From: Welwitschia mirabilis
Taxonomy: Eukaryota
Direction of reading: 5' to 3'
Assembly (NCBI GenBank): GCA_051453625.1
Contig: JBOZIK010000001.1
Span: 151,937 to 190,708 of the forward strand
Length of the DNA stretch: 38,772 nucleotides
Part shown: positions 23,346-34,380 of the stretch, piece after piece
Layout: each line of letters begins with the position of its first letter
Position numbering within the stretch: position 1 is the first letter of the stretch
Position numbers and translations under genes: made by a program
The notes under the pieces: generated by a model
What the model saw: only the letters and a program-made list of their open reading frames with translations
What the model was told of the DNA's origin: nothing
The model's database searches: none

Positions 23346-26300
23346 CTCCTCATGTTTTTCCTCATTTTGTTTATTTAACATCAAACTAACTTCCTATGTT
23401 AGAATTANNNNNNNNNNNNNNNNNNNNNNNNNNNNNNNNNNNNNNNNNNNNNNNNNNNNNNNNNNNNNNNNNNNNNNNNNNNNNNNNNNNNNNNNNNNNN
23501 NNNNNNNNNNNNNNNNNNNNNNNNNNNNNNNNNNNNNNNNNNNNNNNNNNNNNNNNNNNNAATTACTGCATGAGTATCCCCTTGAGTTTTCATCACCAAT
23601 GAATCTACCAATAAATAAAACCTGGAGTTTAATGGGTATATCCTTTAGAAGTCTTTTTGGTATTACTACTGACCATCTGCTAAGTACACTTCTCCTAGAT
23701 AAGGTATTAGTTTTGGTTTTTCCAATTCTTCATACATGTTATAGGCTATAACATTAACACTTACTTTAAGATTCATTAGTGCTTATACTTTGAGTTTTTC
23801 ATTAATTTTTATATCCATCATAGGTGTTCTAGAATCACTATACTTTTCATGTTGTTTATTTTAAAAACTTACATGGAAGCCCAAGAAACTTGATTTCTCC
23901 TTACCATTTTAATTTTTTTCCTTATTCTTGCTTTCTTGTTTACTATTTTATTTTAAACACATGCTTTTAATTTGTTTCTAGCATCTTTTAATAATTTTAA
24001 AAGAGGCAATGATATTTTTACATCTTCTAATATCATTGTTAAATATTCTATATCCTTTTGAAATTTTGGATGTTCTATTTGTTTATTTCTTATTAGAAAA
24101 GAGAAATAATTGGCTAAGTTATTATTCATTGTTTTTCTTTTAATGTATTTCTCTTCTTTATCTAGGGTATTTCTTGAATTGGTATTTTTTCTCTGTGATT
24201 TATATGTCACTTTCTGTTTTCCAGATCTAGTAGTTACTGCCTTACTTGTTGCTTCTCTAGGATTTGATTAAGGTTAAGCAAAGATTTTTTCTTCTTTTTC
24301 TCTATTTCTAATTTTTCTTTCTGGTTTTTTGAATTTTTATTTTTTAATTTCTATAATAATCATATTGTTCTTGCCTTTTTAAATTTACATACCTTTGTAA
24401 AGGCCTTTCCATTTTACCTTCCCATTTTCTACTTTGGTAAGGATATGGTTTCTTTCTAGTTTAAGGTTGATTTTCAAAATTTAAATCTAATTCATTGAAC
24501 AAATTCTTGTATCTAGGGACATTCTATTTTATCATGGTTATCTTCCTCATAATATTCACATGTCAGTTCTTCTTCCTCCTTGAAGTTTTGCACAGTTAAT
24601 CAATTAAATTTTTCTAACATATTACCAGTTACTTTATTAGCTACCTCTNNNNNNNNNNNNNNNNNNNNNNNNNNNNNNNNNNNNNNNNNNNNNNNNNNNN
24701 NNNNNNNNNNNNNNNNNNNNNNNNNNNNNNNNNNNNNNNNTTCTTATTCTTGACTCATGTTATAAAACTTCCTCATTTTAATGTTTGACTCTGTAGTCCT
24801 CTAAGTAAGGCCCTGACTCATTCCCTCAATGTGATTTCATGATTAGACATTTAGCTAATAGTATGTTATACCTATCTATGAACTCATCAAATATTTCATT
24901 TTGTCTTTGTTTAATGTCTAAGATTTATTTATTTAGATTTCAACCATCCTCAGGGATTGAAATTTAACTAAAAAAGCATTTTTGAGAGTTCCTTATGAAT
25001 TAAAAGCATAATTAGGATTCCTATGATACCATAGTTGAGTGTCTCCTTTTAAGAAAAATGAAAATATCTTAGAAAGTTAGATTTTTGAATTAAGATAATT
25101 AGCTTTACAAAAGGCATCAAATAAGCTTAGATGTAATAGGGATGCTTTTAAATTTTTATCTTTAAAAATATCATTGTAGTATTTATGTTTCTTACTTTAT
25201 CTGGTTACTGTAAGATTGTAGGATTAATAGGACTTAAATCTTCTAGCCAATGGATATCATGATTTAATAATCTTGATTCTCCATCATCTTCTCAATAACA
25301 TCTTTCTACAACTTTATTTTTAGGCCTTTTTACTTAAACTATTGAGAAGACTCTTCTTGTGAGTGAGGTGATGCAAGAAAGGTACACAATCATTGCTCAA
25401 ATTAATTTATCGATTCAGGAAAGATTTATTTCTTTACAATCTTTCTAAAGATGACTTCATACTCCATAAAATATTCTTCTTCTNNNNNNNNNNNNNNNNN
25501 NNNNNNNNNNNNNNNNNNNNNNNNNNNNNNNNNNNNNNNNNNNNNNNNNNNNNNNNNNNNNNNNNNNNNNNNNNNNNNNNNNNTACCATTTGCTTTTGGG
25601 GTACATATTTTGTTTACCTTTTTCTTTTTTTCATTTTTCTATTCTTATTCTTGACTCATGTTATAAAACTTCCTCGTTTTAATGTTTGACTCTATAGTCC
25701 TCTAAGTAAGGCCCTGACTTATTCCCTCAATGTGATTCCATGATTAGGTCATTTAGCCAATAGTATGTTATACCTATCTATGAACTCATCAAATCTTTCA
25801 TTTTGTCTTTGTTTAATATCTAAGATTTATTTATTTAGATTTCAACCATCCTCAGGGGTTGAAATTTAACTAAAAAAGCATTTTTGAGAGTTCCTTATGA
25901 ATTAAAAGCATAATTAGGATTCCTACGATACCATAGTTGAGTGTCTCCTTTTAGGAAAAATGAAAATATCTCAAAAAGTTAGATTTTGAATTAAGATAAT
26001 TAGCTTTACAAAAGGCATCAAACAAGCTTAGATGTAATAGGGATTCTTTTAAATTTTTATCTTTAAAAATATCATTGTAGTATTTATGTTTCTTACTTTA
26101 TCTGGTTACTGTAAGATTGTAGGATTAATAGGATTTAAATCTTCTAGCCAATGGGTATCATGATTTAATAGTCTTGATTCTCCATCATCTTCTCAATGAC
26201 ATCTTGTTACAACTTTATTTTTAGGCCTTTTTACTTAAACTATTTGAGAAAACTCTCCTTGTAAGTGAGGTGATGCAAGAATGGTACACAATCATTGCTC
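23346..26300 (-). pseudogene. Degenerate gypsy gag + aspartic protease, unit 1 (no RT/RNaseH/integrase)
   Basis: LLHLSLFDAFCKANYL...IFSFFLKGDTQLWYHR (retrotransposon gag); ISLPLLKLLK linker; protease homologous to 28208-28495. Confidence 0.8.
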
Positions 26301-26461
26301 AAATTAATTTATCGATTCAAGAAAGATTTATTTCTTTACCACCTTTTTAAAGATAACTTCATCCTCCATAAAATATTCTTCTTCTACTTTTATTTTAACA
26401 TTATTTTTAGTTCACTCATCTAGATCATATTTATGTAGGTCTCTAACATATCTACCTCTAA

Positions 26462-27551
26462 CTTATGTGGTGAACTAATTATAGAAAATATTATAAAATA
26501 ATATTAAATAATATAAAATAATATTATAAATATGTAAAAACTATATTTCTATTAATCTAAAATAAGATTACATCATTAAATAAAAATAATAAAAGGCTTA
26601 CTAACAAACTAATTGAGATTCAACCATTTAGTTCATAATGCATCATCACAATAGTATCATGATGAAGTTACTTGAATTAGCCAAGTTGGTTTATTACTGC
26701 CAAGTTATTATGTACATATATTATACTAGGGCGGAATGAAGAAAGTAGTGAAACATAATATAAATTAAATGAGATGCTAGAAAATACTTATTTCTAAATA
26801 TTATTAATTATTTTGATTTATGTTCAGCTGCACGAATAGGAGTAAATAAAAATAATACAACTTTTTCAAGTAATAGAACATGCACACAATGTTACTCAAA
26901 TATGTTTTTTAGATTTATATTGAAATACCAATTTACACAAAGATGTGCTAAGGCTTGTATTCTCCTTTGAAGGTAATACTTTGGAGTATGAGAAATGCTG
27001 ATATGCCCTTTACAGAATAGCTAGAGCTCCCTTTTTTGATCTTTTTGCTTAGTATATTCCTAGAATGTTTTGTCAAAAAGATCTNNNNNNNNNNNNNNNN
27101 NNNNNNNNNNNNNNNNNNNNNNNNNNNNNNNNNNNNNNNNNNNNNNNNNNNNNNNNNNNNNNNNNNNNNNNNNNNNNNNNNNNNNNNNNNNNNNNNNNNN
27201 NNNNNNNNNNNNNNNNNNNNNNNNNNNNNNNNNNNNNNNNNNNNNNNNNNNNNNNNNNNNNNNNNNNNNNNNNNNNNNNNNNNNNNNNNNNNNNNNNNNN
27301 NNNNNNNNNNNNNNNNNNNNNNNATATATTATACTAGGACGGAATGAAGAAAGTAGTGAAACATAATAGAAATTAAATGAGATGCTAGAAAATACTTATT
27401 TCTAAATATTATTGATTATTTTGATTTATGTTTAGCTGCACAAATAGGAGTAAATAAAAATAATACAACTTTTTCAAGTAATAGAACATGCACATAATAT
27501 TACTCAAATATGTTTTTTAGATTTATATTGAAATACCAAGTTACATAAAGA
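26462..27551 (-). repeat. Gypsy LTR 2 (partial; PBS-side terminus deleted, interrupted by gaps, part duplicated)
   Basis: cttatgtggtgaactaatt... homologous to LTR 1 and LTR 3; no TGATG terminus or PBS at the left edge. Confidence 0.85.
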
Positions 27552-27690
27552 NNNNNNNNNNNNNNNNNNNNNNNNNNNNNNNNNNNNNNNNNNNNNNNNN
27601 NNNNNNNNNNNNNNNNNNNNNNNNNNNNNNNNNNNNNNNNNNNNNNNNNNNNNNNNNNNNNNNNNNNNNNNNNNNNNNNNNNNNNNNNNN

Positions 27691-30400
27691 CTTAAGAAAA
27701 GGCTCCCTTCCTTTTAATCAACATTCTTTTAACCTTTCCTTTCTGAGAATGAGTTAAATACCTATTTATGATTAGAGATCTATTAGGAGCTACGCCAATA
27801 TACTCTATCCCTTCCTTAAGTGGAGACTTTTTTATCTCTTGAACTATCAAATTTTCCTCCTCATATTTTTTCTCATTTTGTTTATTTAATATCAAACTAA
27901 CTTCCTATGTTAGAATTACATTGGTTATTACTTCTATGTTCTGTAGCATTTCTTCAACAACTACTTACATCAAAAAGTTTGATCTCTTAGATTGATTTCT
28001 TTACTCCTCTTCTAGAATAAATAGTAGCGTCTGTAGTAGTCATCTAAGATTTCCCTAGAATTATTGCATGGATATCCCCTTAAGTATACATCATTAATGA
28101 ATCTATCAAGTAAATAAAACCTTGGAGTTTAATTGATATATCCCTTAGAACTCCTTATGACATTACTACTGAGCCATCTACTAAGTACACTTTTTCTTGG
28201 TAAGGTATTAGTTTTGTTTTTCCCAATTCNNNNNNNNNNNNNNNNNNNNNNNNNNNNNNNNNNNNNNNNNNNNNNNNNNNNNNNNNNNNNNNNNNNNNNN
28301 NNNNNNNNNNNNNNNNNNNNNNNNNNNNNCTGACATTACTACCGAGCCATCTATTAAGTACACTTTTTCTTGGTAAGGTATTAGTTTTGTTTTTCCCAAT
28401 TCTTCATAAGTTTCATAGGTTACAACATTGATACTTGATCCAAGATTCATAAGTACTTCTAATTTGAGCTTTCCATTAATTTTTACATCTATCATAGGTG
28501 TTATAGGATCACTATACTTTTCATGTTTTTTATCTTAAAGAACTTGTGTGAAAGCCCAAGAAACTTGATCCTTCCTTACCATTTTGACTTGTTTCTTCTT
28601 TTTGATTTCCTTTTCACTCTTTTTTTTTTAAACACATGCTTTTCATTTGTTTCTAGTACATAGGCACATATTTGAATAATTTTAATAGAGGTAATGATAT
28701 TTTTGTTTCTTCTTATATCCTTATTAAATATTCTATATTCTTTTCAACTTTTGGATGTTTTATTTATCTACTTATCATTGGAAAAGGTAAAGAATCTATT
28801 GATGCATCACCCATTATTTTTCTTTCAATCTCTTTCTCTTTTTTATTTGGGGAATTGCTTGAATTGATATTCTTTTTGTATGATTCATATATCACTTTCT
28901 GTTTTCCAGATCTAGTAGTTACTGCCTTACTTGTTCCTCCTCTAGGATTTGTTTCAGTTTTAGCAAGGATTTTTCCTTCTTTTTTCTCTATTTATAATTT
29001 TTCTCTTTGGTCTTTTAAATATCTATTTTTCCATTTTCTATAATAATTATATTGTTCTTATCTTTTTGAATTTACATACCTTTGTAAAGGTATGATTTCT
29101 TTTTAGTTTGAGATTAATTTTTAAAATTTAAATCTAATCTATTAATATTCAGTCATTGAAAAAAAATTTTGCATTTAAGGACATTCTATTCCATCATGAT
29201 TATCTTCCCCACAATGTTCACATGTTGGTCCTTCTTCCTTAAAGTGTTGTACAANNNNNNNNNNNNNNNNNNNNNNNNNNNNNNNNNNNNNNNNNNNNNN
29301 NNNNNNNNNNNNNNNNNNNNNNNNNNNNNNNNNNNNNNNNNNNNNNNNNNNNNNTATGATTTCTTTTTAGTTTGAGATTAATTTTTAAAATTTATATCTA
29401 ATCTATTAATATCCAGTTATTGAAAAAAATTTTGCATTTAAGGACATTCTATTCCATCATGATTATCTTCCCCATAATGTTCACATGTTAGTCCTTCTTC
29501 CTTAAAGTGTTGTACAGTTAGCCGATCAAATTTTTCTATTATACTATCAGTCATGTTTTTAGCTACGTCTTCCATAAGACTGATATGTTTTGAGCTATAC
29601 ACACTACCATATGCTTCTAGGGTATATACTTTATTTACCTTTTTTCCTCTTTGCTTTGCTATTCCCATCCTTAAATCATTTATAAAACTAATATATGAAT
29701 TCTTCCACTTCTTAAACATTCTTTGTCTTGATGCTTCCTCTATATAACAAGTCTAATTCTTTCAGCATGTGACTTTGTAGTTCTCTAAGTAAGGCCTAAC
29801 TGATTCTTTAGATGTGATTCTATGATTAAGACATTTAGTCGACAACATGTTATACCTATCCATGAACTTATCAAATCTTTCATTATCTCTTTTTTTAATG
29901 TTTAAGGTTTGTCTCCTTAGATCTTTAACCATCCTTATGGATTAAAATTTTGCTAAGAAAGCATTTTTAAGAGTTCTCCATAAACTAAAGCATAATTAAA
30001 ATTTTTATGATATCATAGTTAAGTGTTTCCTTTTAGAAAAAGAAAATATCTTAGAAAGTTACATTATGAGTCAAGATAATTAGCTTTACAAAAGGCATCA
30101 AATAACCTTAGATGTAATAGAGGCTCTTTTGACTTTTTACCTTCAAAATTGGGTATCACTGTAGTATTTATGTTTTTTACTTTCTCTGGTTACTGTAAGG
30201 CTATAGGATTAATAAGAATTAAATTTTATAGCTATTAAGTATCAAGATTTGATAGTTTTAAATCTCTATCATCTTCTTAATAACATCTTGTTACAACTTT
30301 CTTTTCAGGCCTTTTTATCTAAAATGTTTGAAACCACTCTTCTTGTAAATGAGGTGATGTAAGAATGGTATACAATCATGTTCAAATGCATTCATCAATT
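27691..30400 (-). pseudogene. Degenerate gypsy gag + protease + pre-RT linker, unit 2
   Basis: TCEHYGEDNHDGIECP zinc-knuckle-like motif; KYSDPITPMIDVKING...LMNLGSSINVVTYETYEELG..L.P (Athila DLGASIN protease); IINRYLTHSQKGKVKRMLIKRKGAFS pre-RT segment, cut by a gap. Confidence 0.85.
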
Positions 30401-30619
30401 TGGGAAAGATTTATTTCTTTACCACCTTTTCAAGGGTGACTCTATCCTCTATAAAATTTTATTCTTTTTATTTCTATTTTAATGTTATTTCCACTCTAAT
30501 CATCTTGACCATATTTATGTGAGTCTTTAACATACTTGTCTCTTTCATCCCATCATTTTTCCTAGCTATCTTATTGAATCCTATTTTTTTTAATCTCCAC
30601 TAATTGACTTTAGAGCTAT

Positions 30620-30635
30620 CCTCCTTCTAATGCCA
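30620..30635 (-). promoter_or_regulatory. Primer-binding site, tRNA-Asn type (decayed)
   Basis: Reverse complement TGGCATTAGAAGGAGG vs TGGCGCTAGAAGGAGG (complement of the plant tRNA-Asn 3' end as I recall it), 3 nt from the LTR end. Confidence 0.75.
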
Positions 30636-30638
30636 AAA

Positions 30639-31565
30639 TGATGAATGCTTATGTGGTAAATTAATTGCAAAAAATATTATAAAATAATATTGGAAAAATG
30701 TACAAACTATATTACTATTAACCTAAAATAAGCTCAGATCATTAAATAAAAATTTAATAAAGGCTTACTAAAGAAGTAGTTGAGATTCAAACATTTAGTT
30801 CGAAATGCATCATCATGATAGTCTTATTATGAATTTACTTGAACTAGTTAGGTTGGTTTATTACTACTAAGTTACTATGTACATATATTATACTAAGAGG
30901 GAATGAAGAAAGTAGTAGAACATGATAGAAATTAAAAGAGATGTTAGATAATACTTATTTCTTAGTATTATTAATTATCCTAATTTATGTTCAGCTGCAT
31001 AAACAAGAGCAAATAGAAATAGTATTACTTTTTCAAGTAATAGAACATGCAAATCATGATACTCAACTATTCTTTTCAGCTTTATATTGAAATATCAATT
31101 ATTACATATAGATGCACTAGGGCTTGTATTCTCCTTTGTAGGTAACACTTTAAAGAATGGGAAATGCTATTATGCCCTTTGCAAAATAGCTAGAGCTCCC
31201 TTTCATAACCTTCTTGCTTAGTCTATTACTAGAACATTTTGCCAAAAAGATTCACACCTTTGGTGATGATCCTTTTCTATACCCTTCTTTATTTTTCTGT
31301 TCCCATTCTTTACTTCTTAAGAATAGGTATATGGGTGGGGTTATTACTACTTTTTTACCACCTCAGCCTTCTCTTTAATCTTCATGTCATATGGCTTCCT
31401 ATACCTAAAATGAAATAATAAAATATACATACTAACTTCATAACATTCTAACTAAATAACCTATTTATTAGTAAGTATATTAACAAAGAAAAACATCTAT
31501 TATTATTTAAAATTCATAATTAATTCATTAATAAATAAGATTTAGATTAAAATTTATCCTCATCA
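30639..31565 (-). repeat. Gypsy LTR 3, complete (927 bp)
   Basis: Perfect TGATG...CATCA termini; PBS on the left, PPT (gctcccctaagcttaag) on the right. Confidence 0.92.
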
Positions 31566-31582
31566 GCTCCCCTAAGCTTAAG
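31566..31582 (-). promoter_or_regulatory. Polypurine-tract region
   Basis: Reverse complement CTTAAGCTTAGGGGAGC directly precedes LTR 3. Confidence 0.8.
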
Positions 31583-31699
31583 TTTTTGTTAGTCTCTTAA
31601 CAAACAAATATATACAAAGGAGAGAAATAGAGAAACTCATTATTTCTCTCTTCTCTTTTTGAAAACAAAAGGATGCTCCTCACTAGATTCTAATTTCTT

Positions 31700-34380
31700 T
31701 CTTTTCTTGACTGATTAGGTAGATTGTTTTATGTATTCCAAGGTACCTAAAATTTTTCTTTACTCCTCCTGAAGAGCAGGATTATTTAAATCTATGGTCT
31801 TTATTTTTGTTTTATCTAGAGCTATCTTTCTGCCCTGGCTTCTACCTTATGGAGGAGCTTCTATCTGTTTTGGTCCTACTCTCTTTTTTTTGGAACTTGA
31901 AGGTAATTTTGCTTAGAGACTTTGAGGTACATGTTTTGGGTCTGGAGTTATCCTAACTTGAAATCCTAGTTTTGAAGATTGCCCAAGAGAAACTATATAC
32001 ATTTCAAAAGAATCTTTATTCTCTAATTTCAAAAAAATATCCATTCATAACTATTGAAAAATCCTAGATAGTAAAACAAAAACTTTGATATCAAATTCAT
32101 AATTTTCTAATATTCTACAAAATTTGATTGTAGTATCATTCAAACAATTTTTGAATTCTCTTATAGGACCTTTAGCTCCTTTCTAAACAATCTCAATCCT
32201 CAATGACTTAATATCTTTTTTACAATTGTTAAAAATGTAGCTTAGCTTTAGTTCTCCTCTGTCTTTAGTAGTTATCTCTAGTTCAGAAATGCATTTGTAA
32301 GCTTTCTATAATTTTTTATTAACATCTCTGAAAGATTCAAAGAGCTAAATATTTTCTTTCTTGTTAATGATATTGCATTATTTTCTTTTTCTTGATCCAA
32401 CCTCTATCTCAAGAATTCATTTTTAATTTTTAGATTATCAACTTTATTCTATAATGCTAAAAATTCCTTCTTTCTATCTAAATAGTTTTGAATTTTATCT
32501 TTGACTAAGTTCAAAGTACTACATAGGTTATCCATCTTGTCTTCCTCTAGTGCTTTGGAGAATNNNNNNNNNNNNNNNNNNNNNNNNNNNNNNNNNNNNN
32601 NNNNNNNNNNNNNNNNNNNNNNNNNNNNNNNNNNNNNNNNNNNNNNNNNNNNNNNNNNNNNNNATCTCACAACGTAGCTTTTTATTATTTTCTTTTTCTT
32701 GATCTAACCTCTATCTTAAGAATTCATTTTTAATTTTTAGGTTATCAAATTTAATCTATAATGCTAAAACTTCTTTCTTTTTATCTAAATAGTTTTTAAT
32801 TTTATCTTTGACTAAGTTCAAAGTACTACAGAGGTTATCCATCTTGTCTTTCTCTAGTGCTTTGGAGAATTGGCCATACTGAAGTACATGGAAAGGTAGG
32901 AGTTATTTAAATGTAAATTGGATTGGGTCTTGTGGTACACTTAAAGAGAGAAGTAATGCAGGTAGACTTTGAGGGGTAGAAAAGGATTCCCTTGGGTTTT
33001 GCTAAGTGGTCATATGTCTTAGAGTTCTCAGAAGACTTAATTCCTTAACTCCAAATAGACTCTGAATAGTTATTTTGACATAGACTTATTTGGTTGGAAT
33101 GAAACTTTATTTTTACTTAATATTTGGGCTATTAAAAGGGAAAATCCTAGCCATACTATGCTTGAAGCTTTATTTCTAACTTTTATCAATTTTGTAATGT
33201 TCCCCGCTAGTCTTAAAAAATTCCTTCTCTAATATTTGCATTGGCATGATTTATCTTGTTCTTTACTACTACTATCATATATAAGCTAGGTAATGTGAAA
33301 TATTTTTACTTGTAAAGAATAGATACCAAATTACTGTCCATGATTCTTAAAATGATAAGAACTTCTAGTTCTATATCTTTATTCCCTAGTATTCTTCCCT
33401 ATACTGCCATCCTTTCCTGTAGACTTATGCTTAGATTCATGTCTTTCTTTTTGTTGGTATTATTAATGAATTTTCCACTAGGTGGTAGATGCAACATTTC
33501 TTTGATATCTTCTTGAGTAATTACTATTCTCTTATTTTTCATGATTATTTATAGTACATTTTTAACATCATTTATTTTTAACTTCTTGTAAAATTTATAT
33601 ATGAATTCTAAGGAAAGTTNNNNNNNNNNNNNNNNNNNNNNNNNNNNNNNNNNNNNNNNNNNNNNNNNNNNNNNNNNNNNNNNNNNNNNNNNNNNNNNNN
33701 NNNNNNNNNNNNNNNNNNNNNNNNNNNNNNNNNNNNNNNNNNNNNNNNNNNNNNNNNNNNNNNNNNNNNNNNNNNNNNNNNNNNNNNNNNNNNNNNNNNN
33801 NNNNNNNNNNNNNNNNNNNNNNNNNNNNNNNNNNNNNNNNNNNNNNNNNNNNNNNNNNNNNNNNNNNNNNNNNNNNNNNNNNNNNNNNNNNNNNNNNNNN
33901 NNNNNNNNNNNNNNNNNNNNNNNNNNNNNNNNNNNNNNNNNNNNNNNNNNNNNNNNNNNNNNNNNNNNNNNNNNNNNNNNNNNNNNNNNNNNNNNNNNNN
34001 NNNNNNNNNNNNNNNNNNNNNNNNNNNNNNNNNNNNNNNNNNNNNNNNNNNNNNNNNNNNNNNNNNNNNNNNNNNNNNNNNNNNNNNNNNNNNNNNNNNN
34101 NNNNNNNNNNNNNNNNNNNNNNNNNNNNNNNNNNNNNNNNNNNNNNNNNNNNNNNNNNNNNNNNNNNNNNNNNNNNNNNNNAATTTTTACCAGTGTTGGA
34201 GTTAGGTATGAAAACATGTATGTAGTAGAGTAATTTTTGTAACAAACAACCTTTGGAAAATAACTTACTAAGTAAAACTTTTCTTTAGAAATGTAAAGTA
34301 TCATTTTCATAGATTTAAAAGTATTACATTCATTGAATTCATTCCACTCTCCCTCCATGTAAAATTTGGCATGCTCTTGA
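31700..34380 (-). pseudogene. Extra 3' ORF region of gypsy unit 3 (internally deleted relative to unit 1)
   Basis: Homologous to 18951-23345; FSKALEEDKMDNLCSTLNLVKDKIQNYLDRKKEFLAL; EFIYKFYKKLKINDVKNVL. Confidence 0.75.

Noticed and set aside
28672-29043. Hydrophobic plus-strand ORFs (also 8868-9104, 15079-15303, 38328-38597) as membrane proteins
   Set aside because: They are antisense shadows of A-rich minus-strand retroelement sequence; the Phe/Leu/Ile richness comes from T-rich DNA.
18951-32870. Many tandem duplications (e.g. 19020/19560, 20360/20559, 20805/21165, 21438/21935, 24741/25641, 26715/27324, 28158/28330, 29090/29355, 32372/32664) suggesting a novel repeat array
   Set aside because: Each pair abuts an N gap, mostly 100 N, so they are most likely scaffolding artefacts from haplotypes or paralogous copies.
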